Source of the DNA: a virus
Lineage: Duplodnaviria; Caudoviricetes
Direction: 5' to 3' (one strand)
IMG/VR virus record: IMGVR_UViG_3300006119_000026
Span: 1 to 37,851 of that record
Length of the DNA stretch: 37,851 nt
The position numbers and the translations under genes are program-made. Below are positions 28,901-34,178 of this stretch, piece after piece. The notes beneath the pieces were generated by a model. The model ran no database searches and was not told the origin of the DNA. It saw nothing but the letters and a program-made list of their open reading frames with translations. Position 1 is the first letter of the stretch; every line of letters starts with the position of its first letter.

Positions 28901-29049
28901 GCCGGCTCCGGGAGGGACGCGAAGTCTCCCGCTTTTGACTCTGGAGCTGGTGATCCGCTTTCTTGTTGAGAGGAATCTTGCGCGGGAGCGTAATCCTCTG
29001 GGGTAGAGCCGGGAACCTGGCTCTCTTCTTCCTGGTCGTCGAGGGCCAT
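13954..29049 (-). CDS. Giant (5031 aa) polyvalent / internal-virion ejection-type protein
   Basis: N to C: Gln-rich coiled coil, Gly/Ala hydrophobic segments, degenerate zincin (EEAIH, 24685-24699), DdrB-like ParB module (GGNGR, ~23280-23790), EEIQSD module (~20600-22195), LPD5-like (DFGEKIEGARKD), zincin HEWFH (18919-18933), LPD1-like (ARAFEQY...YP), polyvalent kinase-like (~17715-18230), sigma-70 regions 2+4 (~17100-17600), and a C-terminal region like podovirus internal proteins (LLSGPHTH; FPFVKTPYNI; RLEPLG; KSFLQG). Confidence 0.9.
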   Translation of the reverse strand: MALDDQEEESQVPGSTPEDYAPAQDSSQQESGSPAPESKAGDFASLPEPAGNADIQNPKTLQAPIEPTFLPAGTLENDTYNYKLINDYDKQAASYDKQQAQIAYSQQKKAANSQARQDSQLTGRQYDYDENGIARPRVDPSTGQQAVVERRHPVQYDEQGRPYQVTYNPGGKPGKVIENPDADAKIGKNPDDPTDENLYRQNQYSPWEVIDPHQGVLSQDNKVAVASAIHLHAKELKDTANKISGLRLQIQNLRTASGQPETPEDAGDEAGPATPTQAIMGSSGLSEKAKKNLLAQKEALSAPAEKPKPVTSWFGENKEATAQAMADWQKAEDERQSSLNAVTQQLDTDSKIKQTRQQLQEAANRQQQLKEMGPAGYLQEARRTAAGSFPGQIGAMAPEDATATLAETQKNLSDTDAQLSQEGESLKKRIADFQAKRQQGGTAQQIAELDKEGASIQADQQAYQQKIAGRNEQVQQLQAGQDAYNQARQKEQQAARDQMKLDPITAPAAGQLDQLDQDYKQRSALIQGMDPSIQDAAKEMLDADNQQKKQAVQVDILKRAKDQWIQGERQRLQATAQEPIKSGNESGNPFVNAVNNFGASLAGIIPSTVGGILRFASQNKSLADVAEDQVSEQQKAIDAEKAAGADPDKIARMESDLDWSKKRAQNLREANPDNHKPLQGLADAAKSGADYLSQLNREYQAAYGVDPTDKSLSAQIGKGAGGFVGTLPAMAFSGPAGIVGFTLQGASQAYSEGYDATKSQLQQSGVKDEKEIEDKAQEAGSLAAAKSFPALAAYMVGGKLTSAGVASLFKDASPLVKGVVGTAGATASNMAIGSASRAIQGEDWKPSTESTIQDALWGLFHGYGEYKGASQINALKQKYNLPENWNGKPELLMAADQQIDALNTSPATKDLVKQRNELFQKITADPSQAEKIGPQIAALNQQIRTEPVNVAQENRTDLASALLKISQGVEFQNLTETERAAVGKAKTSAGVPFIEDHEGKTVITDTAKAWLSGMAPHAAEMLGATGQAAKDAISAINSTTSSDENKAPSQQPGATADQAGENQTPGGENRQETETQSGESEKLASSDPDPLDETAPLSDRKERAATMWKNANPGDVFHSPDPFGNNYVITIDSDKEGNRIASVKSPNGDHIETFNLDANEDALTKDNALLFGSDMVRVGSPEEKAGEENQDPPAPRILGKETQDNKEQQGPLSPQTKRGTMLSKILQSQGVEKEVADHYAGLREASYPEDITNEELRQRVMADFESDGGVFPKHLQEYNEDPEYWKASYPGEAPEKHQQMANDAIASNQGKRRQAEETNRKLLDLRPEEDSTEKADASPDLTEAQEKVNQDQVKSLLDQIQNSGVKVNGKPITVNHLKAIAQVLTKLQPEIAKWNDAFSKVVFSGKKLSSGGVLLRNSKNLEISLGDLMDGSENVKTILEHPSRASLLVSEEAIHALGYKMLADQAIKAGRSRESIIKSLDKVRAKKVEETPTAADYADAEAADLFNSLPKDLQSHVEGIYSEKPGQHAPYQLGHEFLRMLAQHDLAVDKNGNVHDGSALVTEQSLPAKIVAQIKNHLASLFSYLSKLADNLRASGASEKTIASVEEVRGNLREAIKSLRSQVDAKLLDQYREKYDQISRSQDTNSGGVAKQGEEPSRNEKAATNREGLGGTLGGVSGGPSGGGEAESLRERVSQLEAEKAEREAEKARAEERKNRAAEILAEKTADTEKIAESVPADVRPQAEQILSQMHMGEATYVLGANREKIPAAYFAAPLDRVEASHVGEDFQINPNYGGENTRPYHSDETEQNKVRQIALPGALDEDSIVSDVKSAADGPPQYALTIFNDKDGNPQVKLQAAGGNGRLMGIKLAPAEDQERLSDLWKSKESNFGLQGMPEGWMGGRFLGVYDLRDPEQAKKYQQLVDKLNPSQGVVQDTASRADIDAALKIPAERLVNLPVTMSPEQARTALIGLIKDSEKLGLDRNLMAGLVKNPTQAQFYMQRLVMAAAFHSKPLSEFFTSERLQNGHATMVGLLEASSETALRLREAGRGDIADALGRALENIADYSKRGEKIGTAIRYAADQMEMGKSGPIMNMIARALEKKVEYFQPNKKGIKPVDSESTIEGFKELMRDIGSAVERFSNEGGENAPDLLGNTETAESTIQRAIAAHEAKVEKSETAGELSSRRAQDPLKRMRQLLRKRSEEGLNQFEQQELVSLEKKQGQEFMGFFDETKPAFSLESEEGSRPVAPTSPADQLALLSRRSDDSESVVAGEKLSSLLARSADTDEYGFYSKMGKTLEAKIQGKAGTADQIKALITKPDSGIKPDEVKWTGILPKIDELAEQNGGKVPKDTLMQWLRDEGRVQFQETTLGEPAAQQAERDAQQIAQKYGFTAEYDPHSEEYTFTSGEGEDLDFQDLPSEMQTELVENTNKLDRQKSEPKYKRYSIPGGENYREVVLSMPGSDALNLKAGMEARQMEDGTWNIWDKDGWVYREGSATKNELLGKASQDEMLAKPNQETYRSSHFPSIPNYVAHMRLDERKDADGRPGLFIEEIQSDRHQKGREKGYQKSIPEKGLPEGYEVRRDGPSYGVWNNAGEYVSGTYKDTPEESIAAARKLIPEAGIPDAPFRKDWSVQMFKRALRDAIASGKEWIGWTSGDTQAERYDLSKQVDALKYVKRDDGTYKVQFIPKGRNGEWSSLGNDLKEAELSDNVGKEIAEKIANGEGEKDSFSGATILRGLDLKVGGEGMKGFYDQILPKEVGKYVKQWGGRVEQFYLDPKNPATRGMANDDEKTGVAIGARPIWKIDITPEMRNSVQEGQALFSRRANSEDSQGDLFEHGYTPDLFASHKQEIEAYNNALEKEGITDPETKAEAAMRDLDIPANEAMDLFSFIKPDGEEAPAPEQSQPHSQENNLEDSNRQRLEAIPESAVAQLAIEAGQRPLTATKESLLANSDPSTLSKALDSIKAPAAEAKPGSDLFGGQSTPSEIKDFGEKIEGARKDSWKVFSDAISQDLPEKNSDITLSKNFPEPDYEKLIASGFDPNRLAAMKALRDMIPRKPSSPYKLARWGEVVRAVHEAMRSFASPDSNVSFEFMMKAAEKAGSKIFSKVLLYKELGYPSFLQAKDWSIDQSRGVTMWDRNGNKIVTPDQWLTMAEHDGRTTEMRTTNPDRLAAFKEIAAQIKARIERDSLTAGDEPTKQKKIPFNIYRDRQSGELFIGKKGLTSVLRIKAGFSNLKDARDYLANSYDELAKIWEGMKTQTTGRNETNAPREGKLQRPGDVSPEAFNEAFGFRGVQFGNYVENTRRQTDLNHSFDALMDLASALGIPPRALSLDGQLGLAFGARGKGGKNAALAHYEPSQVVINLTKGGGPGTLAHEWFHALDNYFARLNITGKTDWQNASPGYASDQQQLLKNVRPEVWQAFNALKDALKEKGFTERSKQEDETRSKPYWNTTIEKAARAFEQYAKDRLAEKGISNDYLANIEKGSKVYPTPEEMKNGIRQAFDGLFEAMDTRETDRGTALYSRGVNGEREENNGKLNWNDEDSTTHEDKSESPEGERQGENSGPLPRGIEAHDLISGGGRAAIQPERVLEQIDPARGAKDHTVAPSDSDRARNQTALIEWARDNNRIISPEAIEGFTRARGIYGGTEHQVYFTPRNEQGESFVIKEFFNKDADPFSYLKRQAEFNAIVPSARIDFLGVSIRPDGTPEIWVRQPFIEGRHPELEEILPYLHSQGWELRYGPDGQYWEHSDSKIRMHDVTRSNFIKPPDRDMIPFDVRFSNATTSDALFSRGANDENQLELDFDKAAEDGQKTPAERLRESEPLINQQSALFSNTPGYDRDEARQVARIAVAKAAKSYDPERGVPFQAYARQAVRNTLRDLYNQEKTHADRYQPTLNNPAGADYEESQQDHTADLTSPNPEKDTQRNEARALLDEGLSTLPERMQAAVNGALEGKNGEEIAKEMGISRQAVNNLQKAAYERLKKRFAEKGITNTDEILSRSADAGEQGIDDFMDHLDGLVEKAKAEENSGKEKKIGSPDRAYGAASPEHRAVDEYYDEKATPETRDQWEAAAQDLVKGEAKRTINRIQSKALNGETLTPEETIAAGILADRLRRKMVADPSDENKAAFYRFWNSYRMTGTAAGRAMASRVDPYMTPAQRYRNFLVDLMTKPGSKDMKAIDAEKDPEKKAAMIDAETKRLLDKLAAAGITPEDILNDRVTLRLAEKKILNEFRSMLSRPSGSDAKKAAFDMILANKSLDHISKMTGLKPDEIQGIKDQFVAKMRADHFAKFEAGAKADQATLITGNKVSKEQAEAEFQKWMRRLGVVPDAEQGKPKFNIEDPAHIVRMTRAIQEARGEADKLDMALEAWKMGLLSGPHTHIYNFLGHAGNAVWSLTAQRGMEALVNLAARDQKAARFGEFKYLAKGLFPGIAKGYQEAMRSWGAEHDFFENSVLGTPLELEQVRRGVMDAPMGKIPEKIKIGNFTLPLVSGSRIRIPGRAVLFADALIRNAVAQMEAGTHAYRIARAEGLSGKALSERVEQLVKTRGQVVSEYMSKVTPTDEMVKHFANRIAARDETINPDDLVADKGSDAWSMAREQIAYDAAKKDGWKDDAWRQAVDSANEIGFKQELKTKSEGGNTFEHLAAKIQDMRQEAPLLNLIFPFVKTPYNIMRIGVRRAFGAPALAYRATKGIRSMAKGEGYLAGHETAVRDYAEQVLTLGLGALLWGAIAGDKDDDSKKLLITGSAAPKSREDGKGFRDLEDRAYGGSYVIRVGGRDGVKIPFGRLEPLGTVLGSVVDTVHALKSNSPSDEQLHHVWSYLTEQVRAKSFLQGMNTIMELADASREATPISAIKKTLLQAFVPNIIRDPLRSTDDTVREGKTAPTLYTSLPTANLAQPKLDAYGEEVKKSGNPISRMFFLTALATPPELKQSDKLLMNWNRENPSEAWAPQAPKAVFKGADGKEQAMTAEETTKFRKAAGQLVKSKLAGIVNSRNADHPRRDDFLAVKKAFEEAGHEAKQRIFTPAYIARRKPASD

Positions 29050-29052
29050 GGA

Positions 29053-29925
29053 TTAGGAGTTTTTTGAAGGATTGTTTTTCTCCTCGTCCTCTTCTTCTGG
29101 CTTTGCTGAAGCGGATCCGGTGAGGGGATTTGCAGGGGGGGTGTAGGCCGCCTGTTGAGTTTGCCGAGGGGAGGGGGTCGGGTTGACGGCGGCTAGCGCT
29201 TGGGGGGATGCATCCTGCACGGCTTCAGCAATCCTTGTGTCGCGGGCTTGCTTCTGCGGGTTGTTTGGATCCCATGAATTCTGACTGTTGTACCCGTAGG
29301 TAGAAGCTCCAGGCTCCCAGCTATGAGGCCCTTGCCATTTCGGCCCTATTGCCGCGACAGGGGAATCCGGACCGCTTGACGATCCTCCTCCGGATCCCTC
29401 TGGGGTCATCGAACTAGCCCCGCCGGCCACCGGCTGCGGCGGGGTAGGTGAAGAACCCGCGCCCGGCGTGGAATTGCCCGTCGCGGGACTAACACCTTGG
29501 GAAGCTACGTTGAAACTGGGGGAAATACCGGCTCCGGGGAGAGGGCCTTCCTTGGCCTTATCGGCGGCGGATCGGTTGTCACCCCATGTGGTTCCCGGGG
29601 TGCGTCCGGCCTGAATATCGGCGACATCGGCGGCCAGCTTTTCCCTGCCGGCGCTGGTCTCGTAGTACCCAGGCCAAGGCGCCGCTTTCTGGGAAGCTTC
29701 CATCGCGTTCGCAACAGTCCCGACCTTGAAATTCTGCGCCCTTGCCAGGTTTTCCTGTGCGCTGGCATTGCGAGCCGTTTCCATGGCCTGGGCTTCAGCG
29801 TCCGACCTGGCCTTGATATTCCGAAGCGATGCCCTTGCCGCATCGTTGGTCTGCCCAATGCTCGGGCGGGGTTTTACCGACCAAAGGCCGGCGGAGGGTT
29901 TTTGCGGGGTTGTCTGCGGAGGCAT
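29053..29925 (-). CDS. Low-complexity P/G/S/A/Q-rich protein (candidate internal virion protein)
   Basis: 290 aa, downstream of a motif copy and ending 3 nt before the giant gene's start. Confidence 0.65.
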   Translation of the reverse strand: MPPQTTPQKPSAGLWSVKPRPSIGQTNDAARASLRNIKARSDAEAQAMETARNASAQENLARAQNFKVGTVANAMEASQKAAPWPGYYETSAGREKLAADVADIQAGRTPGTTWGDNRSAADKAKEGPLPGAGISPSFNVASQGVSPATGNSTPGAGSSPTPPQPVAGGASSMTPEGSGGGSSSGPDSPVAAIGPKWQGPHSWEPGASTYGYNSQNSWDPNNPQKQARDTRIAEAVQDASPQALAAVNPTPSPRQTQQAAYTPPANPLTGSASAKPEEEDEEKNNPSKNS

Positions 29926-29950
29926 CGTGCGGCGCGGTTGACGTTGCTCT

Positions 29951-29980
29951 GCAATAGCCGCGGCAGCGATTCGCTGTCAA
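29951..29980 (-). promoter_or_regulatory. Conserved promoter/operator motif upstream of the giant-protein block
   Basis: TTGACA-GCGAATCGCTGCCGCGGC (18 nt)-TATTGC, just downstream of the terminase stop. Confidence 0.8.
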
Positions 29981-29987
29981 GTCTGAT

Positions 29988-31868
29988 TCACCAATTCATT
30001 GCAAGATTCTTCTGCCTGCCGGCATCTTCGCTGGAAAGTAGGATCTGAACATCCGGGGGAACAAAGCGGTCCCTCACCGGAAGGGCGTAGGTCGTGGCGC
30101 TGCCGATGTTGTAAACGCCGATGCACCCGCTCATCACGTCGTCGTCATGACCGCTCCCGGCTTCCATCCTTCCCTTCTTGTCCACAAAGCTCGCTAGCTC
30201 GCTATGGTAGTGGTGGCAATGGATGACCACGCGCTTGTTTCGGATCATCTCGTGGAAGTGCCAGATAATTGTCGATCTCACCCCTCCGTACTCCGCGCGG
30301 TCCGTTGTCCGCCATCCATCCCAGGATCGTTCCGCCCCGCTGTGGGGATCCCTCTCTTTCCGCTGCCAGATAGGCGGGCAAGGCTTGTCGGTCATCGCCC
30401 GAAGTGCCGTGATGAACGCCATGCCGCTGTTATTCATTTCGGGGATGATCATGCAATTCCCGTAGTAGGCTGACAGCGCCCTAGCCAGTCGCGCGAACGG
30501 GATCATCGGCATCCGATTCGGCGGCCTGATCCTCGACACAAGCCGAATTGGAAGAAGCACTCCTCTTTCGTCCAGGTATTCATCCCTCCAGACTAGGCAG
30601 CTATGCGCGTCGGGATCGTCCCCCTTGGTCTGATCCTCGCCTTCCGCCAAATCCACGCTCATGAGGTAGCGGCATCCCAATTTAGGCGCCTCCCATCTCC
30701 AGACTGTCGCTCCATCGGCCCCCGTAGGCTGCCAGATTGCCCGCTCCTTGGAATCATCCACGTTCCCCCAGTCGGGAGTGGTCCGGCACAAAAGCTGGAT
30801 GTGGGTCAGCGCGTCCTCATCGAACACCCTCCGGCCGCTCGATGTGAAGCAACTATGGGGATCCGCGGGATGCTCTTCCTCGAAAATGCGAGTGCTGGCC
30901 CGGCATTTCGTCTTAATCGTAAGCCGGCGCCAGGCAAGTTGCTCCCAGACATCGCAATCGGTCACTTCCTTCCCAAGGCGTGGACCCGCCGGACCGTCGT
31001 TCAAGTAGAGGTCCAGGAGGCGCTTCTCGCCGGCATACCAACTCTCCGCGTCGAGCGTCCGCTTGATTTCCTCCTTCTGCTCCGGGGTCAGCTTCACGCG
31101 CGAATCCTCGAATTCATACCAAGCAGCAAAGATCCTCACGAAGTAATCCCCTGAAAGGCCGCTGGCATCATGGGGTTGGTCCGGGCAAAGCGCTTCCCAT
31201 TGTTTCCAATAAAGCTCTCCGTCCGGACATTCGCCGGCGCTCGGCCACCTCCCGCCCTGCCATGTGTTGTAAAAAGGCCCTTCCGTTCCAAACGGCGTCG
31301 ATTCCAGCAAAACGACGTTGAAGCCTGAATCAGGAATGGCATTAAGCGCTGCATCCATCGTGTCCTCGGGATTCTCCCAATGCGCCGCCTCCGTTCCATG
31401 GATGAACTGGGGAGTCAATCCGCGGACCGTGGCCTTTCCTCTTGCCGTCGCCTGGGTCAAGAGACTCCCATGCTCGAAGGTCATCTTCTCCGTCGTCGAG
31501 GTCACGGGGCTTCCCCACTTTCCCCTGAAGCCGTCCGTCTCGGCGTAGTTCTGCATCATGCGGAACACGATGTCGCTCGTATCCAGCTTGTCCCCGATGA
31601 TGACCCCCTCATGCCGGAAATTCATGAGCTGGTGATAGTGAGCTGCCCCAACAATCGTAGAGGCCCCGCGCTTACGGGGCTTCACCAGGATTCCACGCAA
31701 GGGCTTCCCCGCCAGGAAACGGGAAATATAGAGCGCATTAAATCGGCGCTGGAGAACATTTAGCCGGGGCTTGATATTGCGCCCCTTCACGTCGCGGATG
31801 CGACCGAAGCTCTCCAGCCAGATTCCAGGGTTAACCCGGATCAGCTCTTCAATACCGATGCTAGGCAT
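29988..31868 (-). CDS. terL: Terminase large subunit
   Basis: 626 aa with Walker A region LVKPRKRGAST, Walker B FIHGTE, coupling motif LLESTP and nuclease motifs SVDLAEG, IPEMN and GHDDDVMS. Confidence 0.92.
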   Translation of the reverse strand: MPSIGIEELIRVNPGIWLESFGRIRDVKGRNIKPRLNVLQRRFNALYISRFLAGKPLRGILVKPRKRGASTIVGAAHYHQLMNFRHEGVIIGDKLDTSDIVFRMMQNYAETDGFRGKWGSPVTSTTEKMTFEHGSLLTQATARGKATVRGLTPQFIHGTEAAHWENPEDTMDAALNAIPDSGFNVVLLESTPFGTEGPFYNTWQGGRWPSAGECPDGELYWKQWEALCPDQPHDASGLSGDYFVRIFAAWYEFEDSRVKLTPEQKEEIKRTLDAESWYAGEKRLLDLYLNDGPAGPRLGKEVTDCDVWEQLAWRRLTIKTKCRASTRIFEEEHPADPHSCFTSSGRRVFDEDALTHIQLLCRTTPDWGNVDDSKERAIWQPTGADGATVWRWEAPKLGCRYLMSVDLAEGEDQTKGDDPDAHSCLVWRDEYLDERGVLLPIRLVSRIRPPNRMPMIPFARLARALSAYYGNCMIIPEMNNSGMAFITALRAMTDKPCPPIWQRKERDPHSGAERSWDGWRTTDRAEYGGVRSTIIWHFHEMIRNKRVVIHCHHYHSELASFVDKKGRMEAGSGHDDDVMSGCIGVYNIGSATTYALPVRDRFVPPDVQILLSSEDAGRQKNLAMNW

Positions 31869-32182
31869 TTGAGGGTGATCTCCTTGAGGTCCGCCATGTG
31901 GGCATCCTTGGCTTTCTCCACGGCCGTCGTCATCACAACTTCCGTCTCATGCCCCTGCGGCCGAAACCCTGCTTTCCATAGCTCATCAAAAAGCACCTGG
32001 GCATCCGCGTTGGCAATGTGCGCCGCCATGTCGAGAACCGTCCCTACCGGCAACGGCTTCTTGCAAAACTCAATCTTCTTCGCCGGCCGAAGCTGCTCTC
32101 CCTTCCCTGGCTGATCGTAGATGAAGACGGCTACGCCACCCTCCGGTGACTGGTTGGCTTGAATGTGGATTCGGGTACTCAT
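31841..32182 (-). CDS. Hypothetical phage protein (start revised to the ATG at 32182)
   Basis: ATGA overlap with the DUF3431 stop; helical C-terminus AQVLFDELWKAGFRP...HMADLK. Confidence 0.7.
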   Translation of the reverse strand: MSTRIHIQANQSPEGGVAVFIYDQPGKGEQLRPAKKIEFCKKPLPVGTVLDMAAHIANADAQVLFDELWKAGFRPQGHETEVVMTTAVEKAKDAHMADLKEITLKCLASVLKS

Positions 32183-32781
32183 TTGAAAAAGGATTGCCAC
32201 TCAAACGCACACCCCCAATTCGCCTCCATCATGTGCGCGAATCCTGGCTGGGTGTCCTCCTCCGCGGTGGCTTCAAGAAGGCGCTGGTAAAACTCTTGCG
32301 GGAGTGCGTGGACTACCTCACGCCGTACATAGAACTGCGCCCCGACGCTGAACGGGATCGCCGCGCCGGTATCCCCTTCACGCCCGATAGCGCCGTAGGC
32401 TTTTCGGAGGATCGCCTTGGCTTGGTCAAAGTGAGGTTTGTGCGCCGTCGCCTTATTGGGAGCATGGGCCCCCAGGTAGCAAATGGGGTGGGGGAGAGAT
32501 TCGTTCAGGATCGTATCCACCAAAACGGAGGCCCCGTGATGCCAAGGCCCTCCCTGGAGGAACAGCGTCACGTCGGCCAGGTCATCATACCAAGTTGCCA
32601 GATGGTAAAGGTATTGCCCGGCCTCCCTCGCCGTATTCGGCAAGAGTGTCGTCCCGTCCGGGAGGTCTCTCCTTTCCTCGTCGGTGCAATAGACCACGGG
32701 ACGCCAGGAAGAGGGAAGCCACTTGAGCCAGCGAAGATCCTCCCGGTAGGAAGCGATTACGACATCAGTAGTAGGGGACAT
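32179..32781 (-). CDS. DUF3431-family protein (possibly glycosyltransferase-like)
   Basis: Family-typical motifs VVIASYREDLRWL, REAGQYLYHL..YDDLAD.TLFLQG.P.HH, GAQFYV.RE.V...P..FY and H.ME..W. Confidence 0.8.
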   Translation of the reverse strand: MSPTTDVVIASYREDLRWLKWLPSSWRPVVYCTDEERRDLPDGTTLLPNTAREAGQYLYHLATWYDDLADVTLFLQGGPWHHGASVLVDTILNESLPHPICYLGAHAPNKATAHKPHFDQAKAILRKAYGAIGREGDTGAAIPFSVGAQFYVRREVVHALPQEFYQRLLEATAEEDTQPGFAHMMEANWGCAFEWQSFFK

Positions 32782-32788
32782 GGCCGAA

Positions 32789-32817
32789 GGCCTACCCCGT
32801 CAGCGAATCGCTGTCAA
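32789..32817 (-). promoter_or_regulatory. Conserved promoter/operator motif upstream of the DUF3431-terL block
   Basis: TTGACA-GCGATTCGCTGACGGGG (17 nt)-TAGGCC, with the ATG 7 nt later. Confidence 0.8.
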
Positions 32818-32821
32818 GGCA

Positions 32822-33511
32822 TCAATCAGAATGCCTGATCGAACATTGCTCCCGGGCTATCCACTCCGAGGCGGCATACACGCTAGGGTTGCTCTCATCC
32901 ACCTTGCAATTTGATGTGCATTGCATCGTGAACCTGAAGAATGTCAGAAACTCGAACATATAGACCCTCCCGCAATGATCACACTTGGCGATATACTTGG
33001 GAACTGCGTAGGGAATCCCGCACCGGAATCCAAGACCATTGCGCTTCAGGCTGCTGATACCCCAGTCGGAAAGACAAAACTCCTTGGGCTTCCTTTCGGG
33101 GATTGCCTGGGCCCGCTTCTTTCTCTTGGGTGGGGATTGCCCCCATTCGGCCTTGAACCCTGGAGGGGATACCGATTCCAGCGAGACCACCGCCTCCGGC
33201 TCCTGGACTTCCACCAGTTCCGGCGATGGCATACTAGCCTTAAGGATGGCGTCGGCCTCCTCCGTAAACCCTGCCGACTTCAACGCGCTAGGATGCCTCA
33301 TCAGCCGATGAGCCTTGCCGATAATCTGCCTCACCCGCTCGGTGCTGTATACCCTCCCCGGGCATATCACCCTCCCGATCGAGGTCAATGTCATCTCCTC
33401 GAAGTACCTCATCCGGATGACGGCCTTCAGGCGCGCGGTGGGGAGCGAGTCAACCAGGTGATCCAGCGCCTCCCGGAGGATGCGATCAGGAAGGTGCTCA
33501 GATTCGTTCAC
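32822..33511 (-). CDS. Stand-alone sigma-70 region-4 HTH protein with a Cys-rich C-terminus (229 aa; start revised to the GTG at 33511)
   Basis: GTGA overlap with the recombinase stop and an upstream GGAGG. L..LP.R...VIRMRY...MTL..IG...STERVRQI..KA.R.MRHPS matches RpoD-type region 4; C-terminal CDHC...CTSNC. Confidence 0.75.
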   Translation of the reverse strand: MNESEHLPDRILREALDHLVDSLPTARLKAVIRMRYFEEMTLTSIGRVICPGRVYSTERVRQIIGKAHRLMRHPSALKSAGFTEEADAILKASMPSPELVEVQEPEAVVSLESVSPPGFKAEWGQSPPKRKKRAQAIPERKPKEFCLSDWGISSLKRNGLGFRCGIPYAVPKYIAKCDHCGRVYMFEFLTFFRFTMQCTSNCKVDESNPSVYAASEWIAREQCSIRHSD

Positions 33512-34119
33512 AACACCCTCCCTCCGCAGCGCTCCATGTCGCTCATCGCGCTGGCCCCGCTCGCCTGGATGTAATGCTCCGCGGTCTTGAGGCTGCTCCA
33601 CCCGAAGTGTGCCTGTAGCCCCGTGATCGAGTAGCCGGCCGCGGCCATGAGTGTTGCCCCTGTAGCCCGGAGCCCATGCGGTGTCACCGGATGGGTGATC
33701 CCTGCCCTGGTTGCCATGGCTTTCACCCTGTTCCATACCTGGACGCGGGAAAGGTCCACCCCCTCATTGCTGAGACAGAAGAAGGCCCGCAGCACGTCCG
33801 CCACCAGGGGAATCGCTCCGAAGGGGACCACTCGGGTCTTGTCCCGCTTGGCTACCTTCGCCGGTATCCGGATCGTCCTGGTCGAGAGGTCCACCCAGTC
33901 AGGGTGACAGGCTCCGATCTCCCCGGCTCGAAGGCCGATGATTCCCAGGCAGAGGATCGCCTTATCCTTGGCATCCTTGCCGGCCTTCAGCATCGCCGCG
34001 ATCTCGTCACGGGTCAGTAGCGCCTCCAAGGCTTTCGTCTTGCTGGTCGGACCCTTCACCTTGAAGGGGATGATTTCCGGGGGATTACTCTGATGGAGGA
34101 TTGATCTTAAAGTGTTCAT
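33508..34119 (-). CDS. Compact tyrosine recombinase (catalytic domain only)
   Basis: 203 aa with the catalytic set GLRAGE, K (AKR), TPHGLR, FGW and EHY; no N-terminal core- or arm-binding domain. Confidence 0.9.
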   Translation of the reverse strand: MNTLRSILHQSNPPEIIPFKVKGPTSKTKALEALLTRDEIAAMLKAGKDAKDKAILCLGIIGLRAGEIGACHPDWVDLSTRTIRIPAKVAKRDKTRVVPFGAIPLVADVLRAFFCLSNEGVDLSRVQVWNRVKAMATRAGITHPVTPHGLRATGATLMAAAGYSITGLQAHFGWSSLKTAEHYIQASGASAMSDMERCGGRVL

Positions 34120-34155
34120 GTTGGATTTTCTCGCTTATTGCCCCGCTATCGCGTC

Positions 34156-34178
34156 GGCGACAGCCTTTCGCTGTCGCC
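34156..34178 (-). promoter_or_regulatory. Variant of the conserved motif as a 9-bp inverted repeat upstream of the recombinase
   Basis: GGCGACAGC-GAAAG-GCTGTCGCC shares GACAGCGA...GCTG with the other copies but lacks TTGACA. Confidence 0.55.

Noticed and set aside
13954-29049. Virion RNA polymerase (N4- or crAss-like) with hairpin promoters
   Set aside because: I could not recognise single-subunit or DxDxD-type polymerase motifs, and the repeated motif has sigma-70 spacing. A structure search is needed to exclude this fully.
29795-29980. Short ORF starting MTANRC (same start as the track's scaffold ORF)
   Set aside because: Artefact of translating the TTGACAGCGAATCGCTGC motif from its TTG.
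33512-33736. N-terminal extension of the sigma-4 ORF
   Set aside because: Lies inside the recombinase gene; the GTGA overlap at 33508-33511 gives a better start.
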